This document shows, piece after piece, positions 49,720-61,559 of a stretch of DNA of 64,000 nucleotides (positions are counted from its first letter, which is position 1; each line of letters starts with the position of its first letter). Both the position numbers and the translations under genes were made by a program. This DNA comes from Mobula hypostoma (lineage: Eukaryota). The stretch covers positions 56,608,001 to 56,672,000 of the forward strand of contig NC_086097.1 of assembly GCF_963921235.1 (NCBI RefSeq). Reading direction: 5' to 3'. The notes under the pieces are model-generated. The model had not been told where the DNA came from and did not search any database. It worked only from the letters and a program-made list of their open reading frames with translations.

Positions 49720-50817
49720 CATTCAAGAAAGAACAGGAGAATCCTTCCATAGTTTGAAAAACAAACACATTGGAAATGAATATAATAAATCTAGCAACTG
49801 AAGAGAAAGTGATTAGTCCCATCTATTAAAGAAATGGTTCTAAGATAACAGAGTTTAAAAACTAAGTTTTTTTTGCAAATCTCCATTTATCAATATAAGA
49901 CTTGAAAAGGCTTGAATTTCAACATATTATTTGTATGGAAAAAAAGTTTTACAAAGAATCCAACACCTACAAGGATACTTTTATTGATGACAGATTCTTA
50001 TTTCTAGATTTAAAATATATATTTTATTTATTCTGCCACTATACGGTTAGAGCTTACATTCTCTAGATTAATGCTCCTGTAACTGTACCAAGACACCCCA
50101 TAGTGGGCTATATTTACTGCTTTGGGAGATTTCCTAAACTTTTGTTTATGATGGATGGAGCATCTCTTAATCTATTCACTTCAAACACAAGTGGAAGAAA
50201 TTCAATAACAGTTGAAGTTAGTTGCTGGCTTCCAGCCACTGAAAGGAAAATTTCAAACACTACTCAGAAAGTAGATATGATTCGGTCTGTTTCCTGAGAG
50301 TTTTCAGGTTAAGATGATCTTTTTTAGCAGGTCCCAATCTAACACAAAAAATAAACTTAGTATATTTTGGAAATTCTAAATATTTGGGGCAATAGAATAG
50401 GTGAGAAATTTCGATAGGGACTGTACAAATTAAGTCCAAAAGGGTGGCCTAAATGTTGAGTTTATAGATTGCATTCAAGATAGTTGAACCAAGCACAAAA
50501 AGATAAAATGCTGGAGGCACTCGGGAGATCAAGAGGCATCAGTGAAAAGAGAAACAGACTTGACATTTCAGGCCAAGGACCCTTTGTTGTAAATAGAAAA
50601 ATATGAGGAAACAAGCATGTTATGTTGCAGAGGGTGATCAAAGAGATCCAAGGAGATGGCTGGATGCAGGGCAGGTTAAAATTATCAAGGTAATAATTAC
50701 TTTGAAAACTGACAAGTGGAGACTTAAATATAAAAAGAAACAATTTGAAACAGAAAGGTACAGCCACATATGTGGAGAAAGGAGAAAAAATGCCTGCCTG
50801 GTATGGTTAAATTCTAT

Positions 50818-51061
50818 GTGAACGCAGCAGGCCAGGCAGCATCTATAGGAAGAGGTACAGTCAATGTATCGGGCCGGGACCCTTCATCAAGGCTAACTCT
50901 TCTTACTATCTCTTCTTTCAGCTAGTCCTGACGAAGGGTTCCAGCCTGAAACATCAATTGTACCTCTTCTTATAGATGCCGCCTGGCCTGCTGCGTTCAC
51001 CAGCAATTTTTTGTGTGGGTTGCTTGAATTTCCAGCATCTGCAGATTTCCTTGTGTCTGCG
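50818..51061 (+). mobile_element. Younger fold-back Penelope-like pLTR insertion with 14-bp TSD
   Basis: 50818-50897 is an imperfect reverse complement of 50921-51000. TGGTTAAA(T/C)TCTAT at 50804-50817 and 51062-51075. Confidence 0.9.
50923..50960 (+). ncRNA. Minimal type I hammerhead ribozyme-like motif (core intact, stem I eroded)
   Basis: TAGTC-CTGACGA-A-GGGT-TCCA-GCCT-GAAA-C-ATC-AATTG. Confidence 0.6.
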
Positions 51062-51728
51062 TGGTTAAACTCTATCCTGAGTTTTGAGGGCTTCAACATA
51101 CCCAGACGGAATGCTGATTCTACAGCTTACATTGGTCATTGTTGGAACAACTTAGAGCGCTAAAGCTGGAGTGGTCGGTGTGTGTGCAGTGGAGAATTCA
51201 AGCGACAGAAGCTCAGGACTGTCCTTGCAGTCTGAATGGAGGTATTCTGCAAAGCAATCCCCTTTTCAATCTCCATTTGGTTTCTCCAGTGTCGTGAGCA
51301 TCAGATACAGCTGTCTAAACTAGACAAAGTGCTTATGAGTTTCTGCTTCACGGGAAGGAGTGCTTAGGTTCCTGGATGGTGTGAATGCAAAACATCTCCC
51401 TCAGGTGCATGAGAGAGGATGTTATTTATTGTGACAAAAATCCCCTCTGCAAAATAATTACTTCTATCGTGATCATAGAATTATAAACCTAAACATTTAA
51501 TTTCAGGCTGAACATAGTGTGCATTACATGACAGCTCTCAAACACCAGTGGACTGGATTTGATGCAGTGGAATATATGATCTAAATTATTTTCTCAATTT
51601 CTTTTCTATTTCAGTGTGATTTCCACCAAAGGATTAGATTTCTGTTCCTTGAAGATGGAACTTAGTTGCAAAATGTCTTTGGTGACTAAGTAAAACTGAC
51701 AACACTGCAGTAATCTATTTTTCCTATT

Positions 51729-53796
51729 CACTGGACAACAAAGATTTTGCTTCCTAAGTACTTTTGGGTGTATCATATGGATTTTGGACTGTTAATCATG
51801 AAAATCACCTTGAAATTTCCCCATCACACACCATTTTTTTCTTAAAAATCGCCTGTATTTGTTATTTCAATTCATAATTCAAGTCAATTAAAATGTTGCA
51901 CACAATGTAAACTGAGAAGTTTTCTATCTTATCCAGGCATGAAAGTCTATAAAAGCATTACACACACACCATGCTATGCATTGCGTTTACATGTGTATCG
52001 GTTTGCGATCACATTGATGCGCCTGCTCTACACGCATAGCCTACTGTGTGTACTCATTATAATAAAGTAATTGTATTTTCAGGAGTATGCATGCGAGCCA
52101 TGGACTTTGACGGCAGAACTGCAGAAGAATATGCAGGCTGTAGAAATGTGATGCTTCTGACGGCTCCTCGGCATCTCCTGTACAGACCACGTCTCAAGCA
52201 TTGAAGTATGAACAACCATTACCCAGCAAATAAGACTTTACAGTCCACGGTAAAGAAGAGGGAACTGAGATAGGACAGCCACATAACACGATCAAGTGGA
52301 CCCCCAAAGACCATTCTTCAGGGGACGGTGCAAGGGAAAAGGAAAATGGGCAGACAACGTTGCAGACTGGACCAGAGAGATCTCTGTCACAACCCTGGCA
52401 CTCACCCACAACTGTAAAAGATGGAGGCAACTGATACAGCGCTCATCTGTACAGCCACCCTATGACACAGGCGGGTTGCAGGATTCCTAGCCGTAACCAT
52501 AACTCTACCCATATTTTCAGGAGTATTTGTGATAGCGAAATGTCTCGCCAATGTTGCAATAGCCGTGATACTTTCTGTTATACTTGTGGCGAGTCTTAAA
52601 TCTCAAAGACGGAGCACGACTCCTCTTATTAAGAGAGCCTATGGGTTTAAATTAGACGACCAAGACAAAGCCTGGGCTCCTCACATTTGTTGTGCAACAT
52701 GGGCTGTCAATCCTAGAGCTTAGAACTCGGAAGTCAATTTCTCGATGATATGGCAAGAGCAGAAGGATCACGTGACAGTCTGCTACTTCTGTCTGACCAA
52801 TACATCTGGTTTCTCTGCTAAAAACCAGAAATTTATTGAATACCCCAATGTCTCTTCTGCCATGAGATGTGTGCCGCATGACAGTAGGCTTCCAGTCTCA
52901 AAGCCAGCAGAGACACGGTGCACGAGCCAGGAATGGAAAACAACACTGATACTGATACAGACTTTGAACCCTTTATGTCGGGAGTGAGCCTCATCTGATA
53001 ACTCAGAGTGAGTAAATGACCTGGTCAGAGACGTTGGTTTGTCAAAGGCAAAAGCAAAATTACTGAGTTCAAGACTGCAAGGATGGAATCTGCTGTCACC
53101 TGGCACGAATATTTCGTGAAGCATTTCAATATTTGAGACAGATGTTTCCCAGAATAACTGATGCCAAGATTAAGGAATGCATTTGGTCCACAAATCAAAG
53201 ATGGTCATCAATGGCAGGCAATTCAAAGAACTTTTTGTGTGACCAGAGAAAATCACATGGAAAGCATTCAAGGATGTTGTTGAAAATTTTCTTGGCAATT
53301 ACAGAGCACCGAACTATGTACATCTGGTTGACAACACACTTCAAGCATACAAAACCATGAAGTGTAACATGTCACTAAAGACTCATTTTCTGCATTCCCA
53401 TTTAGATTTCTTTCTTGAAAATCTTGGCCCTATCAGTGATGAGCATGTTGAAAGGTTTCACCAGGACATTGCAATCATGGAGAAATGGTATCAGGGCAAC
53501 TGGAATCCATCAATGCTGACTGATTATTGTTGGACACCTAAGTGAGAAGCTTCAGATACTGAGTACAAATGAAAATCATCAAGAAAACATTTATAGGTTA
53601 GTCGAACTATTGCAAAACATGAGCACCAATATGCAATTAAATGCCAAATATTCAATAAAAGTTTTCTTGTTTCTCCAAATTCCTACATGGTACAAGTAGT
53701 CTGAAATTATATTTGGTGTTCAGCTTGAAGCAGTCTATCCTCAACACAAAAATATTCTGAGGAAGCAACCAGTTTGAAAAACATTGCTGTCCAGTG
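51729..53796 (+). mobile_element. Chapaev3-like (CMC) DNA transposon, internally deleted
   Basis: TIRs CACTGGACAACAA / TTGCTGTCCAGTG. Transposase remnants FCYTCGE, DQDKAWAPHICC, W.EQKDH...CYFC and MSLK.HFLHSHLDFF.ENLG.ISDEH.ERFHQDI..ME..YQG.W....L.DYCW. Confidence 0.8.
52089..52511 (+). mobile_element. RTE-clade LINE 3' fragment with 15-bp TSD
   Basis: TATTTTCAGGAGTAT at 52074-52088 and 52512-52526. Motifs ACEPWTLTAEL, RLLGIS..DHVS and WADNVADWT, with a TAACC-like tail. Confidence 0.85.
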
Positions 53797-54389
53797 TTAT
53801 TAGTAGATAGGACAATGAATTTGTGTGGTTAGAAACTTTATAATCCAAAATAAGTTATAAGTAAAAGGTAAAAACACAATAAAATGCTGTTAAGATTAAG
53901 GCTAATAATGTCAATAATCTGATGCTGACTAAAATTATATCCAATATGCTTAGGATGGAGAGCCTTTTTTCTTGATCTACTTGAAAAATAGGGTTAAATC
54001 GGTGGGTTGCCAGGTGGTGGGGGTCATTAGGCCAGAAGAGCCTGTTCCACACTGTATCTCTAAGTAAAATAAAAATACAATAAGCTTTACAACAACCAAA
54101 ATTGATTTTGTTTGAATTATATCACCAAATGATCTTCAAAATGGGACTAAGTTACTATGCTTACTACAAATCAAAAATAACATCTAAGAAGAATTCAGAA
54201 TTTTTGTATTTGAATAAATCCTACTGACACTGGAAATCTGAATAAAAACAGGAAGATACCTTACTTACCTAACAAAGAAACTTAAAAATTAGCTGAACAC
54301 AGGTCATGCTCAAACTTGATTGAGCTTGATGAGGGTAAAGCAGTGGACATTATCTGGACTTCAGTAAGGCATTTGATAAATCCCTCATA

Positions 54390-54850
54390 AGGTCATAAGA
54401 CCAGCAGATATAAGAGCAGAGTCAGGCCATTCGGCCCATTGAGTCTGCTCCATCATTCCATCATGGCTGATTTATTATCCCTCTCAACCCCATTCTCCTG
54501 CCTTCTCCCCATAACCTTTGATGCCCTGATTAATCAAGAGCTTATCATCCTCTCCCTTAAATATACTCAATGACTTGACCTGCACAACTATCTTTGGCAA
54601 TGAATTCCACAGATTCACCACCTTCTGGCAAAAGAAATTCTTCCTCATCTCTGTTCTAAAGTAACGTCCTTCTATTCTGAGGCTGTGGTCTCTGGTCCTA
54701 GACTCACTCACGATAGAAAACATCCTCTCCACATCAGCTTTATTTAGACCTCTAAACATTTGCTAAGCTTCAATAGTATTCCCCCTTCATGTTTCTAAAC
54801 ACTAGCAAATACAGGCCCACAGCCATCAAACTCTCCTCATCCGTTAAGCC
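54390..54850 (-). mobile_element. CR1 3' fragment lying within a degenerate plus-strand CR1 piece (~54300-55040)
   Basis: ORF 54484..54759. The flanks read GKAVDI..DFSKAFDK on the left and IQKIKIH.IQG...WI.N on the right. Confidence 0.85.
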
Positions 54851-55654
54851 AGTGGGGAGTCTTGCACTCACTGCTGCATCAAAACAACAATTTTACAACA
54901 TACACATACTCGTGGTAGGTTCATTCAGAAGATAAAGATTCATATGATCCAGGGTGAATTGCAAGTTTGGATTGAAAATTAGCTTGCCAATAGAATACAC
55001 AGAGTAGGGGTGGAAGGTTGTTATTCCAGCTGGAGGTAAACACTGTAAACAAATTGAAAGGATTTTGTTGTATTAATTACTCATTTCCAAATCTGAAGAT
55101 GCTGTTATAGTTCTTGTAAGAGGCGTGTATTTTTGAAGATAATTCAAAAGATTTTGCTGATCATTACAAAATGCTAGTACTTTGGTAAGTCTATTTTAGA
55201 CAATCCCTTTTCCTCAAAAAAATATAAATCAATAGCTGAATAAACCTTGCCCTGAAACCATAATCTATCAGTATTCAGCACACTAAACAGGAAAGGGAAT
55301 AATCAGAGAAGATGAATATCATTTATTTCTCTAAATTTCTGCCGAATCTTGAAAACATCTGTTTTGCCATAACAGCCCAAAGATTTCATTCATGTTCTCC
55401 AGGAAAAGGAATTTGCCACCTTACTTTCCTACCACATCCTTAAAATTGGTTTTGTGGGTTGGTCAGTCAAAGGTCAGTAAATATTACTCATAATGCCTTG
55501 GTGGATGGCAGATTCTGGGAAGAATTGATGGGAATGAGACCAGTGCAAAATGAGTGCCTGATGGCTGGCATGGGCTTGGCAGGCTTAAGGGTCTCATTCT
55601 GTACTGTCTGTGATTCCTATCTGATTTCTCATGTGTTTGATCAGCTGGATGGCT

Positions 55655-56266
55655 TTGACCGACATATTAGCAACAATAGCTCCACCACAATCACCATCAG
55701 CACAGGTACACTACAAGGCTGTGTGCTTAGCCCCCTGCTATACTCACTTTATATAACGTTGAGGCGAAGTACAGCTCCAATGCCTTATTTAAGTTTGCTG
55801 ACGACATTACTGTTGTCGGCCAAATCAAAGTTGATGATGAATTGGCATAGAGGAGGGAGATTGAAAATCTGCCTGAATGGGCCACAACAACAACCTCTCA
55901 CTCAATGTCAGCAAGACCAAGGAGCTGGTTATTGACTGCAGAGGGAAGAAACAGAGTTCCATGATCTAGTCCTCATTAGAAGATCAGAGGTGGGGAGAGT
56001 CTGTAACTTCAAATTCCTTGGCATTATCATATCAGAGGATCTGACCTGGACCAGCGTGTATAATTAATAATTAATTGTTATTTTTTTGTATTTGCAGAGT
56101 TTGTCTTTTTTTGCACATTGATTGTTTGTCAGTCTTTATTGGTGTGTAGGTTTTAATTGATTCTGTTGTATTTCTTTGTTCTATTGTGAATGTCCAGAAG
56201 AAAATGGATCTCAGGGTAGTATATTGTGACGTATACATAGTTTGATAAATTTACTTTGAACTTTGA
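55655..56266 (+). mobile_element. Rex1/Babar-like LINE fragment with internal deletion
   Basis: [20 protein letters not shown] and KFADD, with a tail 'tttactttgaactttga'. Confidence 0.85.
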
Positions 56267-58189
56267 CGTCAGGGACAGCAGCTTTTGTCAATAAATCATA
56301 TTTTACCACCATTGCCCACAAGTCAAGAATAAAACAAAATTGGTTTTTTTAGAAGTTTTATGGGGCACCAAAATATAACGGACATTGAATAAAGGGGAAA
56401 ATTAGAGAGCATTGTTATTTTATTACATTTTAATAAAATAAGATGTCACGTTCCACAATTACATCAATAACTGTTCTGGTTATAACTCAAACAGTTTAAA
56501 TACACAGGGAATTTCATTCCACAATCATTGTTCATAAGAAGTGATATGGTTTGCAAAGGCAGGGCATGGGCATTTATTACATCAGCTGCATAATATGCCC
56601 CAACTTTATGCTGGAATTCACTGCAACTACTCATTCATTCACTCATTGACGGAAAGCAATAGCTTTTCCCAACCAGGGCACGTGATACTGAACCAAATTA
56701 AGTACTTCTCAAAATTCTTTGCATGTAAACTATGAATGAATAGTGATCTCTTTTCTTCAAAACAGTCCTTATCCAGTGGCTATCTAGCAGGCATGTAAAA
56801 AAAAGCCCCACAATTAAATTCCCAATTAAAAGGAAAAATAATGAAGCTCCCTTCAACATCTTCACACCTTTGTCCTCTCCTGTCATACTTGAAGTTACAA
56901 TAAAACAATGACTACAATTTTCCTTGTATCTGTTCTTAATAGGACCTTAATTTATAAGATATGCCAGGTAAACTCCATTTTCATGCATGAACTATTTTTT
57001 CTGTGAAACATCTGTGAAAGTATATATAAAAGTGAAAATAATTTGCTTTTGTGTCTGGAGAAGAAAGTGTTCTCTCTGACAGCTCTGCAGACACTGTTAT
57101 CAAATCCAGCAGTTTCATGATATATATGTGATAATCCAAATGTTGCCCTCAACCCCTATGATCCCAATCTATTCATCTATCTGTCTGTAATATCTGGCTT
57201 TTTAATCCTTCCGAAAATCCATCTGCCTTTACCAATGACCCTTCCAACCTCTCAGTCTGCTTTATCAGACAGACTGACAACCTGGAGGGATTGCTCTTGG
57301 AAAAAAATCTTAGATCAAGTGCTGCATATCCCTGAGGGTTCCTTATAACTGCAGAGAGTAGTGAGGTTCTGCAACTCACTAACTGAAAGAGTGGCAGTGA
57401 TCAAGAAGAGCTGTAAACTGCAATGTTATAAGCTAAGAATGAAATGTCCATATCATTATGACTGAAATATAATTCTGTATTTTATTTCCTTCCCACTGAT
57501 TAGGTTGAGGCCTTAAGCCAGCACTATGATCAGTAAGGCTACTGGAAAGGCTACTGAGCTGTGTTCGAGCACATTGGACTTCTGTTAAATTCCTCTTTCA
57601 TTTCTAATTTAATTAAATTTCAGAAGAAAAGGTGAATGTGAGCTGCCACATCTGATGCACCAGATAATGCATTTAGCAGCACTGTTTGCACAACTACCAT
57701 CAACCACCCTCCCACCCTCTTCTTACATATAATGAGAAAAATACTCAGCTGGAATGACTCCTCCTGGTGGAACTTGGAGAAGAAGAGAAATAGGAATCTT
57801 TGTGAAGGAGGCCCAGCAAGTGACTAAGGATGGGGGAAAAAAAACACATTACTTTGGGTGCCTGAACCCAGATACCTTACTGAAGAGGAGAAAATCTCAC
57901 AGCAAAAGGCCATGCTCTCCCTCTTAATTATACATTACTACCAACTTACTATTAATCAAAACATCTGAATTGAAACCGTTGAATAATCAGGCTTCTGAAA
58001 AATTGTATTTCTTTCAAATTCTTTTATCTGTTGATTGGAGAACAGTGAACCACTTGAAATTGAAATTACAGTCAATCACAAATGAGCTCCCTCTGTATGA
58101 AGTTCAACTGCCAATCACGAATGACTTTATTAAAATATAACATTGACTCTCAAGCCTTACTCATGGAAAGTGAATAGTAAATATTTTAT

Positions 58190-58568
58190 AACTACCCCCC
58201 CCGCCTCTTCCTCCAATCTATACTCTGACCTTTTACCTCTTCTCACCCGCCTATCACTTCCACTCAGTCCCCTCCTCCTTCCCTTTCTCCTATGGCCCAC
58301 TCTCCTCTCCTATCAGTTTCCTTCTTATCCGGTCCTTGACCTTTCCCACTCACCTGGCTTCACCTATCACCTTCCGGCTGGCTTTTTTCTCATGTCCCCA
58401 CCTTTTATTCTGGTTGTCCCCCTCCCTTCTCAGTTCTGAAGAAGGGTCTCAGCCCAAAATGTCAACTGCCTATTCATTTCCGTAGATGTTACCTGACCTG
58501 CTGAGTTCCTCCAGCAGTTTGTGTGTGTTGCTATGGATTTCCAGCATCTGCATGCTTTCTCATATTTA
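58190..58568 (+). mobile_element. Penelope-like pLTR with hammerhead-like motif
   Basis: Pyrimidine-rich pLTR related to 25450-25620(-). CAGTT-CTGAAGA-A-GGGT-CTCA-GCCC-AAAA-T-GTC-AACTG at 58431-58468, then the 'cctgacctgctgagttcctccagc' terminus. Confidence 0.85.
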
Positions 58569-58924
58569 TAAATATAACATTGCCTCGCATGCCTCAAATA
58601 CTACCGGAAAGTGAATAGTAAATATAGTGAAAGTTTTCTAAATTTAGGGTTCACATAGAGATGTGTAATTCAGGAGAGCATTTGCAACGCCTGCTTTGTA
58701 AGATAAATGAGCTGAGATGGCATTTGACAACTAAGCATTTTCAGCAAGAAAAATATCTCTTGCTTTTTTTTTCAAAGAACCAAACTGCAAACTTCAGTAA
58801 GCAGTACTTCAACAGCTGAGAGGTATGTTCAAATGAAATTTAATGTTTTATTTTAAGCATATGTTCTGGTGTTCAAGTACACTTTTGATTTTACTAGTGG
58901 GTGTGAAACAAAAAAATCAAAGTT

Positions 58925-60430
58925 AAAAAGCTGAAATGATAGCTGGAAATTCTCAGTAGGTTAGGCAATGTCTGTGGAAACAGGGCTAAACTTTCAGGTT
59001 GAAGACTCTTCGTTAGAATTGGGAAAAGCTGAAAGTGAGTTCATTTTAACTATCAGACAGGGTGGAAGATGGATCAATGGAAAAGGAGAATATTTTTGTT
59101 ACGGTGTGGACATGAATGAAGAATCAATGTTTCGAGCCAGGACCCATATTCAGGTCCGGTCTCGGCCCGAAACGTTGACTGTTTATTCATTTCCACAGAT
59201 GCTGCCTGACCTCCTGAGTTCCTCCAGTATTTTGTGTGTGTCACTCTGGACTTGCAGCATTTGCAGATTTTCTCATGTTTGTAATTAAGTTAATGGGATG
59301 GTTAGAGAAAAAGAGAGAACTTGAACAAAGGAACATGACAGGTATGAAATGAAAAGAGGTAGAAAGGAAGAACAGAAACAAAGCAATGTAGGAGTTGTGA
59401 AATGCAGAGCTGAAGAACATGCTCAGCAGGTCGGCTCTACAATTGGAGAAAGGGCGACCGAGTGAATGTCACGGATTGACTGGCAAGTTCTGAAAGCAAA
59501 TTATATGAAGTAGAATCTGGACCACAGTTTGCATATGGTTCTCCAGTATCAAAGAGACCACATTGTGAACGTGGAATGTAGCACATAAGATTGGACAAGG
59601 TGCAGGAGAGTTACTGCTTCACCAGGAAAGACTGTTTGGGTGTCTGTATGGAGGAAAGGAAGAGGTGAAAGGACAGGTGTGGAAGCTGTGTGGGAGCATG
59701 TCATGATTGAGGAGTTGCTGTTGGGACCAGAATAACAGAGCAGAAAGTAGTTAACTGTCTCGTCAAAATGTTGCCGGGGAGGAGGTGGGGAGATATGTTC
59801 AGTGATGGAATCTTGAAGCTAGCAGAAATTGTGAAGGATGATTTGTTGAATGTTGAGATTGTAGGCTGGAAACTGAAGACCAGGGGAGTGATCCTAACTC
59901 TGTCCAGAAGAGATGGTCAGGTCAGAGGTATGGGAGGTGGATGAGATGTAACTAGGATCTCTTTCAACTCTGGTAGGGGAAAAGCAGTGGTTTATCAAAG
60001 AGGAAAAGATGTAATCATCAGAGCAAATATAGCAGTGAGGAGAGAACAGAGAGAATGGAATGAAGCCCTACTAGAGGAGGGGTGAGAAGAAGAATAGTCT
60101 AGTTAGCTGAGAGTATGTAGGCTGGTGTTTATCATTGGCCTGTCCCTGATATGATGACAGAGAAATCAGAAAGGGAAGGAAAGCATCATACGTATCATGT
60201 TAAAATGAAATCACGGTGAAAAACGGCAGAAAAAGTGATGAAATTTGAGTTCTACCTGAATACAGGAAATCACACCAGTGCCTTTTAATGCTCCAGTTGT
60301 GTGTAAGAGAACTCAAAAGGAATAAAACAAAAATCTGTCCCACATAAAGTCTAGCTGAGCTTGGGTCCATCACAGTCTCCAAAACCACACCTTACATTTG
60401 GAAGAATTGGGCAGAGTTGATAGAACAGCT
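58925..60430 (-). mobile_element. Old Penelope-like element (RT relic + pLTR)
   Basis: ORF 60200..60388(-) VMDPSSARLYVG resembles the PLE RT motif MGPSYA.LFVG. Degenerate pLTR at 58935-59020. Confidence 0.6.
59124..59281 (+). mobile_element. Small fold-back PLE pLTR insertion
   Basis: 'ggtctcggcccgaaacgttgactg' (59158-59181) is preceded by an inverted copy 'tcaatgtttcgagccaggaccc' (59124-59145). Confidence 0.75.
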
Positions 60431-61559
60431 GTTCAACAAGTGTGAAACAAAATACTAACACAATGCCAGATGGAAAATGACAATCTAGGCCTATGGTTTA
60501 AATATAAAACTCATTTTTCTAATAAGCCAAGTTATATGTGGTAAGTATTATATAACTTATATTTAATAATTAAGTAACTTGTTATTTCTGATATTTCCAC
60601 TAAATAGGGCTGTTAGTTATGCAATGAATCACACTGAAACTTAGTTCTCCTAAATTTGAGAATATTGTAGTCTGAAAAATACGAACAGTGAGACATAGCC
60701 TTATTTACAACAACTCCTGGAATCCGTGGCCTTTTTCATAGATTTAACGGTTCAGAGAAACAAAAGGAGAAGGATAAACAATAATTAAATGTGTTACTAA
60801 TTCATGAACTACTTGACAATGGCTGTTTAAAGTCATCATTTTACTAGAAATCTGCCCTGTTCAGTAACTTCAATACACCAATGCTCCAGCATGTTGTTGT
60901 TCTGCCTTCCAAATTCGTTCCATTGACTTCAATGGAACTAGTTCTGGATGCAAAATACAGTGTATTTGTCCAACCTCATAGTTCCCTACCAGCCAAGGTT
61001 GAAATACCAGGCACATGCCGCTCAGTAGCGTCATCTCCAAAAGCATGTACAGAATTTAAGTAACAAAATATAAAAACTGCAGTTTTGAAATTACAGCAAC
61101 CAAGCAATTATTAGATATAACAACATCAACACGTAACATTTGGTTATGTCAGTTCTTCAGAATAAATTTATAGTGAACTCCAGGGGAGGCTGTTGCTGTG
61201 AAACAAGTATCTAATAAACAAGGCTTTACAGTATATCACAAATAATTTCAGCAATCTTAATTATTTTTCAACATTTAAAAGAAAACAGAAAGCTAGTAGC
61301 ATGTAGTAGTGACATCCTGCACCTCCAATTCCAGTGCAGTTTCATGTAGTTGTATAACATCGAAGATTCATTTCATACTTAAAATTCATCTTCCGAACTA
61401 TCAGCTAGTAGCATCACATGATCTTGCATGCTGGTGAAATCTCTCGGCTGCAATTTCAAACAAAGACAATTATAGTACTTTGAGTTACTATATCTGTATA
61501 ATATTTGCATCTTACAAGAACTTATAGTTAACACAGCATTTATGTCTACAGTACTGGGA

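Larger units (their letters stand above)
50490..51410 (-). mobile_element. Old Penelope-like element (GIY-YIG end + pLTR)
   Basis: The minus strand reads FRLGMLKPSKLRIEFN at about 51065-51110, the PLE ORF terminus. Degenerate pLTR at 50495-50590. Confidence 0.7.

Noticed and set aside
58035..58126. CCAAT-like cluster (CAATCACRAATGA twice) as a promoter
   Set aside because: Short motifs with no CpG island or downstream gene evidence; not supportable from sequence alone.
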